Of a stretch of 64,000 nt of DNA, positions 18,609 through 27,576 are shown one piece after another. The notes beneath the pieces were generated by a model, which was not told the DNA's origin, ran no database searches, and saw only the letters and a list, made by a program, of their open reading frames with translations. Positions within the stretch are counted from its first letter, which is position 1. Every line of letters starts with the position of its first letter. Both the position numbers and the translations under genes were made by a program. Origin of the DNA: an uncultured Gammaproteobacteria bacterium (lineage in GTDB: Bacteria > Patescibacteriota > Microgenomatia > Levybacterales > GWA1-39-11). The stretch covers positions 2,219 through 66,218 of the forward strand of contig CAYYLC010000003.1 in assembly GCA_964472415.1 (NCBI GenBank), in the 5' to 3' direction.

Positions 18609-19361
18609 TTAAGAATTGGACTTTTCTCCTTTTTTCCAGGGGGCAAGTTTGAGTAATGATGAATAAAGATCTGTGTCAATATCAATTTTTAGATGGTCGA
18701 GTTCCTCCTCAGTAGGGTTTCTTTCTTGGAATTGTACATTCTCAGTATCAGTAACGAGTGCTAAAGGAGTTTGTTCACGTCCTTCTCCCATTACACAAAC
18801 TGCAGCCGCAGCAATTCCATCCATGATATTTGATTCGGTAACGCGCATGGTTTTATCGAACAAATCTGATTTCCCAATATACGTGTTGAGTGCTTTAAAT
18901 CCGGAATGTGCTATTGCAACGCCGGTAGTTCCCCAGCGAAGTGGGGAAGTTTTACTGTCAGTGATAATAATGCCGATATGCTTTTTATTATATTTTTTTG
19001 TTAGATGTTCACGGATATCATTTGCGGTTTTTTGTGGATTTTTCGGCCAGAGAATATAATACCCATTTCCATTGCTTTCATCAATTCCAGCGGTTGGGAT
19101 TAGAAGATTTTGCGTTATTGTGAGACTAAACCCATACTTGTTCTCGCTTTTTTCTAAAAAATATTCTGATTCTTGTTTGATTAGCTCATCTTTATCTGCC
19201 TTTTCGGTCTGGATAATTCGCCCCTCGCAAATGGAAATAATTTTTGATGTGATGCAGAGAATTGATCGCTCCTCTAATGTGTCAATATAGCTATCGATAA
19301 CATCGAGAATATTAGTATCCTTATCTGTTATTTTACGGGTTTTAACTGCTACTATTTTCAT
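18609..19361 (-). CDS. F420-0:gamma-glutamyl ligase (CofE)-like amidoligase family protein
   Basis: CofE family motifs ILCITSKIISICEGR, PTAGIDESNGNGYY, GIIITDSKTSPLRWG and MGEGREQTPLALV. These correspond to CSTVISKAEGR, NAGIDASN, GVIITDTNGR and GEG. Confidence 0.6.
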   Translation of the reverse strand: MKIVAVKTRKITDKDTNILDVIDSYIDTLEERSILCITSKIISICEGRIIQTEKADKDELIKQESEYFLEKSENKYGFSLTITQNLLIPTAGIDESNGNGYYILWPKNPQKTANDIREHLTKKYNKKHIGIIITDSKTSPLRWGTTGVAIAHSGFKALNTYIGKSDLFDKTMRVTESNIMDGIAAAAVCVMGEGREQTPLALVTDTENVQFQERNPTEEELDHLKIDIDTDLYSSLLKLAPWKKGEKSNS

Positions 19362-19497
19362 GTTTCAGATACATTTTTGGTTTTAAAACTTTCTTCCCAA
19401 TATTTTGCAGCAAGATCCTGATATGGAATAGGGAGTGCATGTTTTGTATTATAATGTACCGGTAAAAAATTGTCACTTTTTCCCGATCTGTACAGTT

Positions 19498-20280
19498 TCA
19501 GAGATTTATTTCGAGAAGTTCTATATTAGACCATGACAGTACTTTTTTTAACTCATGAATTGTGGAATTATTTTCATCATTTTTTTTATTTATCAATACT
19601 GATTTTCGAAAGAACCCTTCATTATCCGGTTCTGTAAAAAAGAATACCGGAGTTTTTTCTGCCATATCATCTGGAGTTTTTATCAATATATCATGTTTTC
19701 GAGTGGAGACTTTCGGTTTGCCTCCGAGCTTGAGCTTAAACAATTGAAGACCGATTCTATTGATTTCAGGTCGATGATGATCAGTGCCGTGATTCATTTT
19801 TTGGTAGCCTTCATTTTGAAAAGATTTGATGAGGAGGTATTCTGCCCAAAAATCTAATGTCGTTTCAAATTTATATTTTTTATTTATTTCTCTGTCAAAA
19901 ACTCTCAATGAGATCTTTGCAAGTTCTTTATCTTTTAAATATAAAGTTCCTCCTATAAATCTATTTGTTGTTTTTTCAAATACTGAAAGATGATGATAAT
20001 TATATCCTTTTTCGAGTCGCTGTATGATTTGTTCATATTTCGCTTTTGTATTTAATATGTAATCTTTTCGTTGTCCAATCACTTTTTCGTAGAGTGGAAA
20101 AAATGTATTTGAGAAAAAATCTTTTGTAGTTTTTTCTTGTTTATACAAGAAAATATTATTAAAATCTTTTTCACTTTTTTTAATTCTCTTTACGAGTGAT
20201 GGGTAGAAGATGTCCTCCCAGGGTCTGTTAATAGCAATATACCAAGTGGTAAGCGTATGCATGGATAAGCTCGTGCTCAT
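19498..20280 (-). CDS. hypothetical protein (operon partner of CofE-like gene)
   Basis: The ORF overlaps the upstream gene by 4 nt (translational coupling). No confident motif. It could be an acyl/aminoacyl-transferase fold, but this is unsupported. Confidence 0.4.
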   Translation of the reverse strand: MSTSLSMHTLTTWYIAINRPWEDIFYPSLVKRIKKSEKDFNNIFLYKQEKTTKDFFSNTFFPLYEKVIGQRKDYILNTKAKYEQIIQRLEKGYNYHHLSVFEKTTNRFIGGTLYLKDKELAKISLRVFDREINKKYKFETTLDFWAEYLLIKSFQNEGYQKMNHGTDHHRPEINRIGLQLFKLKLGGKPKVSTRKHDILIKTPDDMAEKTPVFFFTEPDNEGFFRKSVLINKKNDENNSTIHELKKVLSWSNIELLEINL

Positions 20281-21422
20281 TGTAGCGGGTTGCTGAAATC
20301 CGGAATTAGAATTGGTTTCTTATCAATCAAATTATACTTCATGAGGAGTTTTGTTGTATGAGGATTTTTAGCATAGTACATTAGTTCTTCAGGATTATCT
20401 CTCAGAAAGTCGAGTACTGCCTTATATCCTAGAAGATATGCTGCATCTTTTGGATAGCCTCCTGGCTTACTGGTGTCATGCATTCCTCGTTTAACACGAA
20501 ATGTTATATTAAAGGCTTGTTTTTTTGATAGTTTATCACTGAGAAGCATAACGTAAATTTGTCGAAAACTGAGATGAGAATTTTTGATAGCTTTTAAGCG
20601 ATAATAATAATTGGTGAGTGCACTTTTTGTTATTGTATTTGTTTTAACTTCATTGAATACACCCAGTCCTTCAGAGTATAGATTTGAGTCAGAGAGTTTT
20701 GATAGTGCCGTTAGAGAATTTGTTGCATTTCGCATATTGTAATTTTGGAGTGTGTGACTTTCTATTTCATGCACGATAAGTCTATTTGTATTATTTTGGA
20801 ATCGCTTAATATTTTTTCCGATATTAATTTGTTTCGAATTTACAAAAATAATGTTGCTCGTAAAATCATTTACCTCTACAGGAATATTGTGAATTTTATA
20901 TTTGTCTACTAAAGCTTTTTTAAGCTGTTTCGCAATTTCTTCGGCATTGGTCATGTTGCCGGTATGTTCATTATTGAATTCGAATTTGGGAAGTTTTTTT
21001 AAAAGCTCATCGGGATCATGGATATCCCAATCAAAAGCAAGTTTTGCATAGCATGGAAACGTGGGTTTTCCAATAGATCGTCTTGCATGATAGAGAAATC
21101 TGAGATGGTTTACATAATCAATAAGATGACGCATTAAGTCATATGGAAGATTTTCTATATTTTCTATTTGCTGTTCGAGTTCATCTATTTCTGTTTCAAA
21201 TTGGTTTGGGAGAAGATTAAGGTAAGAAAATTTTGGATTATACGTTCTACTATTGAGAAACTTCTCTTTTTCCGGCAAGAAATTTAGTGGAGTGAGGGCT
21301 GTAGATTCTAGTATGAGAGAGGTGCGTATCCGTGCGCCGTGTTTTGCGATTTGGAAAAGTTTTTGTTTATCTGTTTGTGAGATAGAGCGTGTATACATAG
21401 TAGTCACATTGTACCAAACCAT
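20277..21422 (-). CDS. HExxH zincin-like protein (resembles DUF1704/QEGLA-motif family)
   Basis: VHEIESH (HExxH) followed by YSEGLG, resembling the QEGLA motif of the DUF1704 zincin-like family. Family assignment is from memory only. Confidence 0.4.
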   Translation of the reverse strand: MVWYNVTTMYTRSISQTDKQKLFQIAKHGARIRTSLILESTALTPLNFLPEKEKFLNSRTYNPKFSYLNLLPNQFETEIDELEQQIENIENLPYDLMRHLIDYVNHLRFLYHARRSIGKPTFPCYAKLAFDWDIHDPDELLKKLPKFEFNNEHTGNMTNAEEIAKQLKKALVDKYKIHNIPVEVNDFTSNIIFVNSKQINIGKNIKRFQNNTNRLIVHEIESHTLQNYNMRNATNSLTALSKLSDSNLYSEGLGVFNEVKTNTITKSALTNYYYRLKAIKNSHLSFRQIYVMLLSDKLSKKQAFNITFRVKRGMHDTSKPGGYPKDAAYLLGYKAVLDFLRDNPEELMYYAKNPHTTKLLMKYNLIDKKPILIPDFSNPLQ

Positions 21423-21455
21423 ATAATTGTTTTCTTACACTGTATAATAAATATT

Positions 21456-22310
21456 ATGAATAAAAAAATTACTGTAGTATCTGTTCTGATTCTTGTGATA
21501 GTGGGGGTGGTGATTTGCATATTATTAAATTTGGAAACGGTTCGAGCACTTTCTCAAAAATCTGTAGAGATTGTAGAGGGGGCTATTGGGATGCGAGTGA
21601 ATACTTCTGGACCTTTAAGAAAGGAAGGTGATGATGCGGGATCAAATCTTACTGTGCAGGGAGTAATCAGAGAGACAAATCGTCGCAGGGTAGAGGCAGG
21701 TCTTCCTCTGCTTTCTGAGAATGTGTTGTTGGATCTTTCTGCTCAGAGAAAGGTTGATGATATGTTTAAGAGGCAATATTTTGAACATGATGCACCGACT
21801 GGAGAAAGCGCGGGAGATTTGGTAGTAGATGCGGGGTATGAATTTATAACAGTAGGTGAAAATCTTGCATTGGGAAATTATCAGAATGATATGATTCTTG
21901 TCCAAGCATGGATGGATAGTCCAGGACACAGGGAGAATATTTTGAAAAATTCCTATACAGAGATTGGAGTTGCGGTAGCGCGTGGGATGTTCGAGGGAAA
22001 AGAAACATGGCTTGCGGTGCAGCATTTTGCAAAGCCATTATCTGATTGTCCTGCAATTAATGCTAATCTTAAGTCTCAAATCGACTCTCATAATTCTAAA
22101 ATTGAGAGTATGAAATCTGATTTGGAACGCCGTAAGATTTATCTCTCAGAAAAACCTATAACTCAGGAGGAAGCAAGTGATTACAATAGGCAGGTCGATG
22201 AATTTAATGCGCTCGTAAATGAATATAATGCATTACTTTCTGAGACGCGAGATTTTGTTTCTCAATATAACTCACAAATACAGGATTTTAATAGTTGTGC
22301 AAAAGAATAG
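21456..22310 (+). CDS. membrane-anchored CAP/SCP (YkwD-like) domain protein with C-terminal coiled coil
   Basis: N-terminal TM helix. CAP signature WMDSPGHRENIL...EIGVAV. A coiled-coil tail. Confidence 0.65.
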   Translation: MNKKITVVSVLILVIVGVVICILLNLETVRALSQKSVEIVEGAIGMRVNTSGPLRKEGDDAGSNLTVQGVIRETNRRRVEAGLPLLSENVLLDLSAQRKVDDMFKRQYFEHDAPTGESAGDLVVDAGYEFITVGENLALGNYQNDMILVQAWMDSPGHRENILKNSYTEIGVAVARGMFEGKETWLAVQHFAKPLSDCPAINANLKSQIDSHNSKIESMKSDLERRKIYLSEKPITQEEASDYNRQVDEFNALVNEYNALLSETRDFVSQYNSQIQDFNSCAKE

Positions 22311-22389
22311 TCTTTCTACGATCCTTGTAATAGTTTTGACTTTCGTGTTAAGATGACTTTATTATTACTGAGGGAGGTGAAGATTTACA

Positions 22390-22752
22390 ATGGATAATAA
22401 TCAAAATCAAGGAGGACAGCCAGGGATGCCAGGAAATGATGCGCCGACAGCTCCAACAGGAGATGTGAATCCTACTCCTGCGATGCCGGGAGCAGGGATG
22501 CCAGGAAGTGAGGTCCCAACCCCTCCAGTGGCGGAGAATCCAGATCCTAGCATGCCACCAACTCCTCCAGCAGGAGATGTTCCACAACCGGGAACAGGCA
22601 TGCCAACTCCTCCAGCACCGGAAGTACCAGCTCAGCCAGAAATGCCTCAGCCGGAAGTTCCTACACCAGGAAGTGATGCGCCAACAGCTCCAACAGGAGA
22701 AGCTCCACAACCGGGAGCAGGTGTGCCAGGAGATAGCCCTTTGCAGGGTTAA
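22390..22752 (+). CDS. small proline-rich repetitive protein
   Basis: Strong RBS GGAGGTGAAG 8 nt upstream. Internal repeats (G[NS]DAPTAPTG[DE], MPxPxVP). Followed by a strong intrinsic terminator. Confidence 0.5.
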   Translation: MDNNQNQGGQPGMPGNDAPTAPTGDVNPTPAMPGAGMPGSEVPTPPVAENPDPSMPPTPPAGDVPQPGTGMPTPPAPEVPAQPEMPQPEVPTPGSDAPTAPTGEAPQPGAGVPGDSPLQG

Positions 22753-22770
22753 GTTAGAAGATTTGAGAAA

Positions 22771-22798
22771 AAGCCGCGGATGTACTCTGCGGCTTTTT
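22771..22798 (+). terminator. rho-independent terminator
   Basis: An 8-bp GC-rich stem GCCGCGGA/TCTGCGGC with a 5-nt loop, followed by TTTTT. It lies 19 nt after the stop of 22390..22752. Confidence 0.75.
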
Positions 22799-22833
22799 AG
22801 TAATTGACGAGGGGGTACGATATTTGTTAAAAG

Positions 22834-23292
22834 ATGAGAATGAATAAATATACAGTTTTTGCATTTATAGCAGTTATACTATTTGGGTTTCTCCTTGCTG
22901 GACTTTTAACATCGCAAAATGAAAGGACAGGTGCTACAATAGAACAACAGCAAGCCATGGAATTGGAAGAATTAAAAATAGAAGAAATTCAAGAAGGGAC
23001 TGGAGAAGAGTCTGTAGTAGTGGGAGATGATATTGTAATTCACTACAGAGGAACTCTTGCGGATGGGACAGTCTTTGATTCCTCGTATGATAGAGGAGAG
23101 CCATTTCAGACTCAGATCGGGGTAGGGCAGGTAATTCAGGGATGGGATGAAGGGGTGATAGGAATGAAGCCCGGTGGGAAAAGAAAGCTTACGATCCCTC
23201 CGCATATGGCATATGGTGAGCAAGGAGTGGGAAGTATCCCTCCAAATTCCACGCTTATTTTTGAAGTTGAGCTTGTCGAAATTCTCAAATAA
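22834..23292 (+). CDS. FKBP-type peptidyl-prolyl cis-trans isomerase (signal-anchored)
   Basis: FKBP core [24 protein letters not shown]...VIQGWDEG...LIFEVELV. Confidence 0.85.
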   Translation: MRMNKYTVFAFIAVILFGFLLAGLLTSQNERTGATIEQQQAMELEELKIEEIQEGTGEESVVVGDDIVIHYRGTLADGTVFDSSYDRGEPFQTQIGVGQVIQGWDEGVIGMKPGGKRKLTIPPHMAYGEQGVGSIPPNSTLIFEVELVEILK

Positions 23293-23409
23293 AAATCCTG
23301 GTCTGTTTTTTCTCCGTTCGTAAGTACTACTAGGTTCAAGGTATCGTGTATTAACAGTAAAAAGAAAAGATTTATTAAATTATCTAAAATTTGGTAAAAT
23401 ATACTCCTT

Positions 23410-24309
23410 ATGTATACGATTCTCTTATATTATAAATATATAAAAATTCAGTATCCAAAGCGACTTATGAAGGAGCAGAAGAAACTCTGTGAGGATCTTG
23501 GCTTGAAAGGGAGGATTATCGTTTCTTCGGAAGGAATAAATGGAACAATTGAAGGGTTAGCGGAGAATGCTGAGAAATATGTCTCCGTGATGAAAAAAGA
23601 TAAACGATTTCAAGATATTAATTGGAAGAAATCAAATGGAACAGGGAATGCGTTTCCAAAGCTTTCTGTGAAAGTACGGAATGAAATTGTAAGTTTGCAT
23701 TTAGGAGAAAAGGATCTCGATCCGAACAAAACTACGGGAAAATATCTAACTGCAGAAGAACTCCATGAGTGGTTTAAAACCGAAAAGGAATTTTACATTG
23801 TAGATATGCGAAATGATTATGAATACCTTTCTGGGAGATTTGAGAAGTCCGTATTACCAGGACTTGAAAATTTTCGGGATTTGAAAAAAGAATTACCAAA
23901 ACTTGAGCATCTTAAAAACAAAACAGTCCTTACGGTGTGTACCGGCGGAGTGCGATGTGAGAAGGCTTCTGGGTTTTTATTGCTGAATGGATTTAACGAT
24001 GTTTATCAGCTCCAGAATGGAATCGTAACATATATGGAAAAATATCCAAATGAGCATTTTAAGGGGAAGTTATATGTGTTTGATGGACGAGTTACCATGG
24101 GATTTAATACAGAAAGTCCAGAGCATGAAATAGTTGGTCGTTGCGAAAAGTGCGATAGTCCCTCAGAGCATTATATAAACTGTAGTACTGTCGGATGTCA
24201 TAGGCATTTTATATTATGCGAGAATTGTTCAAGGAGCGGAAAAGGAGTATGTCCAAAAGGATGTGATTTCCGTCGTAAAAAACAGAGAGAAAATCCAGTA
24301 AATTCTTAA
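23410..24309 (+). CDS. trhO: tRNA uridine(34) hydroxylase, rhodanese-domain protein (YceA/TrhO family)
   Basis: YYKY...GRIIVSSEGINGTIEG, the rhodanese active site CTGGVRCEKAS, and a C-terminal Cys cluster CEKCDSP...CHRHFILCENC. All are as in E. coli YceA. Confidence 0.8.
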   Translation: MYTILLYYKYIKIQYPKRLMKEQKKLCEDLGLKGRIIVSSEGINGTIEGLAENAEKYVSVMKKDKRFQDINWKKSNGTGNAFPKLSVKVRNEIVSLHLGEKDLDPNKTTGKYLTAEELHEWFKTEKEFYIVDMRNDYEYLSGRFEKSVLPGLENFRDLKKELPKLEHLKNKTVLTVCTGGVRCEKASGFLLLNGFNDVYQLQNGIVTYMEKYPNEHFKGKLYVFDGRVTMGFNTESPEHEIVGRCEKCDSPSEHYINCSTVGCHRHFILCENCSRSGKGVCPKGCDFRRKKQRENPVNS

Positions 24310-25485
24310 TCAGATAGCCCTTTTCCTTCGCAGTTCAGAATAATATTGTTTCTTTGCTACAAAAAATCCGCCCATTCCGAGAAGTACTATAATAAGATCA
24401 ATGATCATGGAGATTATAGGCAATAAGCTTAGTATGAAGTAGACTGTCACACCCACGGTAAGCGCCCAAATATCACCTTTATCTTTATATGTTTTATCAA
24501 GAATAAATCTCCCTATAAGAAGAAGTGCAAATATTCTTACAAACCAGAGCACCCCAAAGAAGAGAATAATAAAAAATAGTCCAAGAGGAATTCCGAAAAA
24601 GGTGAGCATTAAAATGATTGATACGATCGGGATAAAAATTACCGCTAAAAGTCCAATGAAGAGTGAAATCCCCATATTGGTTTTCATGTATTCGCTAACT
24701 CTTTTCGTATAGATGGGAAACATTGTGATAAGGATGAGTCCTGCAATAAGTAGGAGTATGACATCTGCTAGTCGGATGAAAAAAAATATGCTTGCAATTT
24801 CACTCGCTTGCACTTCAGGATTTTTCTTTGAGGTTTTTGGCATTTGTTGGGTGATCGCGCCTGATATTGAAGCAGATTCTGATATGTCAGCTCGTGTTTC
24901 GCTCCAGTAAGTTACATTCCCATTAATCTGAGCTCCATCTTCAATTATCAATCTTCCTACCCTTGCATTGATATCATTATTGACAGAATTTCCTATTGTT
25001 ATACTTCCTCCAGCTGCATAGATAGTATCTCTGACAGATGATAATATTTGAATATTCCCGCCTGATGAGACGATGCCTCCTCCAATTTGAGTATCTCTAT
25101 CAAATGTTATTTGCCCTCCTAATACTGTTACGTTTCCCCCGATCTCTGCACCTGCAAGTGTTACAGTCCCTCCGGCAATTCTGACATCCCCATTAACTTC
25201 ACCAGTTATGAGGATATTTCCTCCACCTCCGATAAGATCATTGGTGATTGTCCCATCGATAGTTATAGATCCGCCACCAATATACGCATCGCCTTGGACA
25301 ACGCCTGACAATCTAACTGATTCATTTGTCGCGAAATATGTTCCTGTATATGTTTCATTTGCAGAAAGCATGGTAGTGGTAGGTCGCGAGCTGTCCTGGG
25401 CAAAAACTTGCTTTGAAAAAATAAGAGGAAAAAGCAAGATGAGGATTATTATTACTGATAATTTTTTCATGAATAAAAATTTCAC
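24310..25485 (-). CDS. secreted Gly-rich beta-helix repeat protein with C-terminal polytopic membrane domain
   Basis: Signal peptide. Tandem bactofilin/beta-helix-like repeats (GGGSITIDGTITNDLIGGGGNILITGEVNGDVRIAGG...). About five C-terminal TM helices. Confidence 0.5.
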   Translation of the reverse strand: MKFLFMKKLSVIIILILLFPLIFSKQVFAQDSSRPTTTMLSANETYTGTYFATNESVRLSGVVQGDAYIGGGSITIDGTITNDLIGGGGNILITGEVNGDVRIAGGTVTLAGAEIGGNVTVLGGQITFDRDTQIGGGIVSSGGNIQILSSVRDTIYAAGGSITIGNSVNNDINARVGRLIIEDGAQINGNVTYWSETRADISESASISGAITQQMPKTSKKNPEVQASEIASIFFFIRLADVILLLIAGLILITMFPIYTKRVSEYMKTNMGISLFIGLLAVIFIPIVSIILMLTFFGIPLGLFFIILFFGVLWFVRIFALLLIGRFILDKTYKDKGDIWALTVGVTVYFILSLLPIISMIIDLIIVLLGMGGFFVAKKQYYSELRRKRAI

Positions 25486-25612
25486 TTAATCAATCATGAC
25501 AAGTAAATGTAAAAATTTTGTAAGACGATTGTTATAACTAGTGTAGAGCTTATGATTTTTTTAACAAATATTTATCAAAATATGGTACTATGGTTCTATA
25601 ATAAAGAGGAGA

Positions 25613-25789
25613 TTGATTAGGCCGAAAAAAGGGAGAATTGTTGCTGGAGTATGTTTGGCTATCGCGAATTATTTTAATGCGCCTGTTCTTATCGTTCGAA
25701 TAATTTGGATATTACTTTTATTCCCTGGTGGTCTCCCTGGACTCTTGCCGTATCTCTTATTATGGGTAGTGGTTCCTTCTGAAGAATAA
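25613..25789 (+). CDS. PspC-domain small membrane protein (non-ATG start; absent from ORF track, under 60 aa)
   Basis: My manual translation gives GRIVAGVCLAIANYFNAPVLIVRIIWILLLFPGGLPGLLPYLLLWVVVPSEE*, matching the PspC domain consensus. The putative TTG start at 25613 follows AAAGAGGAG, but the spacing is short, so the exact start is uncertain. Confidence 0.55.
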   Translation: MIRPKKGRIVAGVCLAIANYFNAPVLIVRIIWILLLFPGGLPGLLPYLLLWVVVPSEE

Positions 25790-25794
25790 AAAAA

Positions 25795-26277
25795 ATGCAA
25801 GGAGAGCATATTGGAATTGTGATCGGGCGTTTTCAGCCATTCCATTTTGGCCATATTTGGTTAATTCAAAAAGCGCTTGAAAAATTCGAGAAAGTGATTA
25901 TTCTTATTGGCTCTTCAAATAAAAATGATAGCAATAATCCTTGGAGTTTGGATATGAGAAAGCAAATGCTTCATAAATTTGTTCAAGAGCAAAATTTAGA
26001 AAATAGGATCATAAAAATATCAGAATTAAAAGATTTGCCGGATGACAATGAATGGTTCAACTTGGTGATAGAAAAAATTGGGACAAATAATTTTACCATA
26101 GTAGGTGATAATGAATGGGTAAATCAGATTTTTGAAGCGAAAGGATATGAGGTTTTTCGTATCGGATATTATAATAGGGATGTGTATGAGGGAACAAAAA
26201 TCCGAGAACTATTTCATCATAAAAAAGATTTAAAAAAAAGTGTGCCATCGTATGTTGTCTCGATATTAGAAAATTGA
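25795..26277 (+). CDS. nicotinamide-nucleotide adenylyltransferase, archaeal NadM-type cytidylyltransferase
   Basis: N-terminal GIVIGRFQPFHFGH (the (H/T)xGH nucleotidyltransferase motif in NadM/NadR context). Length 160 aa. Confidence 0.7.
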   Translation: MQGEHIGIVIGRFQPFHFGHIWLIQKALEKFEKVIILIGSSNKNDSNNPWSLDMRKQMLHKFVQEQNLENRIIKISELKDLPDDNEWFNLVIEKIGTNNFTIVGDNEWVNQIFEAKGYEVFRIGYYNRDVYEGTKIRELFHHKKDLKKSVPSYVVSILEN

Positions 26278-26943
26278 ATGGAATTTTTTGCGTTATTTAT
26301 TTTTCTTATAATTATACTTTTCTTCTTATCTCGGAGGCTTACATCTGAGATATTTAAGTTCTGTTATCATATAACACGGAGCGAGCACCTTTCTACAAAT
26401 GTTCTGGCACTTATTTTTTTTCCTGGAGTGGTGGTTCATGAGCTCTCCCATTATTTTGCAGCAAAATCCCTTTTTGTTCCCACAGGAAAAATTAGTTTAT
26501 CTCCGAAGCGTGAGGGGAATTATATAAGGTTAGGAAGTGTGCAGATTGCCAAAAGTAATATTTTCAAGGAATTTATTATCGGTATTGCACCGCTTTTTGT
26601 TGGGGTAGCCCTCATTCTCGCAATTGTATATTTTTTTCTTGTAATTCCAGGATTCGGAATTCCAAGAATCGTCATATCTTTTTATGCAATTTTTCTTATT
26701 TCAAATACTATGTATACTAGTAGGAGAGATTTAGAGGCAGCAGTCCCATCATTAATAATAATTTTTATTCTTGGTACCGTATTTTTTATCGGAGGAATAA
26801 AATTTCCTCAGATATCAGTTGAGTTTTTGCCACATATAGAACCTGCGAGAATATTTCTTATTGGGAGTTTGTATTTAATAATTCCTGTGATTATTGATAG
26901 TGCAGTTATTCTGCTGCTTCGAATTTTTGACCGCATGTGGTAG
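26278..26943 (+). CDS. polytopic membrane protein with HExxH motif (putative membrane zinc metalloprotease)
   Basis: VVVHELSHYF sits within a hydrophobic segment. About five TM helices. Family unclear (DUF3267/M50-like). Confidence 0.4.
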   Translation: MEFFALFIFLIIILFFLSRRLTSEIFKFCYHITRSEHLSTNVLALIFFPGVVVHELSHYFAAKSLFVPTGKISLSPKREGNYIRLGSVQIAKSNIFKEFIIGIAPLFVGVALILAIVYFFLVIPGFGIPRIVISFYAIFLISNTMYTSRRDLEAAVPSLIIIFILGTVFFIGGIKFPQISVEFLPHIEPARIFLIGSLYLIIPVIIDSAVILLLRIFDRMW

Positions 26944-26946
26944 GAT

Positions 26947-27576
26947 ATGCCTATGGATTCCAAGAATTGGCTGCTGCTATTTTTTGTTGTGGGCGCAATT
27001 GGATTCTTTGGGTACCATGTTATTGATTCATCATCTTCGGAAATATCTCAGGATATTGATTTGACACCAACGCCAGTTTCCCAAGTTGCGGGAGACGGAG
27101 AAACTGAGGATTGGGAAAAATATGCTGGAAAAACAATACAATTTTCCTATCCTCCTGAATGGGAGCCTGAAGAGCGTAATCCGTTCGGAGGGACGGTGAT
27201 TGAGGACGTGGAGCTAAACATTCCCAAGTCAACTGATAACTATTTATTTTATTCTGCAAGTCCATACGATTCAGTAAAACCTGAAGATATTACTTATGAG
27301 CAAAGTTTTGAAATTAAAGAGAGAGACTGGATACAGTGGACGAGAGAAGGGGAGGGTTATGCAAGTTATGATTTCTTCACGAATGATAAAGTGGCAACAG
27401 GAGCAGGGAGTTTTGGAATTCATGTAACGCTTCCGGAGAAAAATGGAGACGTAGAAAAAAAGCTCCGTAACCTTATCCAGACGATCAAATTTGAAGATGA
27501 TATACTAGAAGAAGAAGCGTCTCCTTCAGCATCGATTACTCCCACCTCTACAACTTCTGCGGATTTACACGAATAA
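26947..27576 (+). CDS. hypothetical signal-anchored protein
   Basis: N-terminal TM helix. No motif recognised. Confidence 0.4.
   Translation: MPMDSKNWLLLFFVVGAIGFFGYHVIDSSSSEISQDIDLTPTPVSQVAGDGETEDWEKYAGKTIQFSYPPEWEPEERNPFGGTVIEDVELNIPKSTDNYLFYSASPYDSVKPEDITYEQSFEIKERDWIQWTREGEGYASYDFFTNDKVATGAGSFGIHVTLPEKNGDVEKKLRNLIQTIKFEDDILEEEASPSASITPTSTTSADLHE

Noticed and set aside
18609-19361. Calling the CofE-like gene evidence for coenzyme F420 biosynthesis
   Set aside because: Only one pathway gene is visible, the neighbours are a zincin-like protein and unknowns, and no cofC/D/G/H-like genes are in the window. It is kept as a family-level CofE-like amidoligase.
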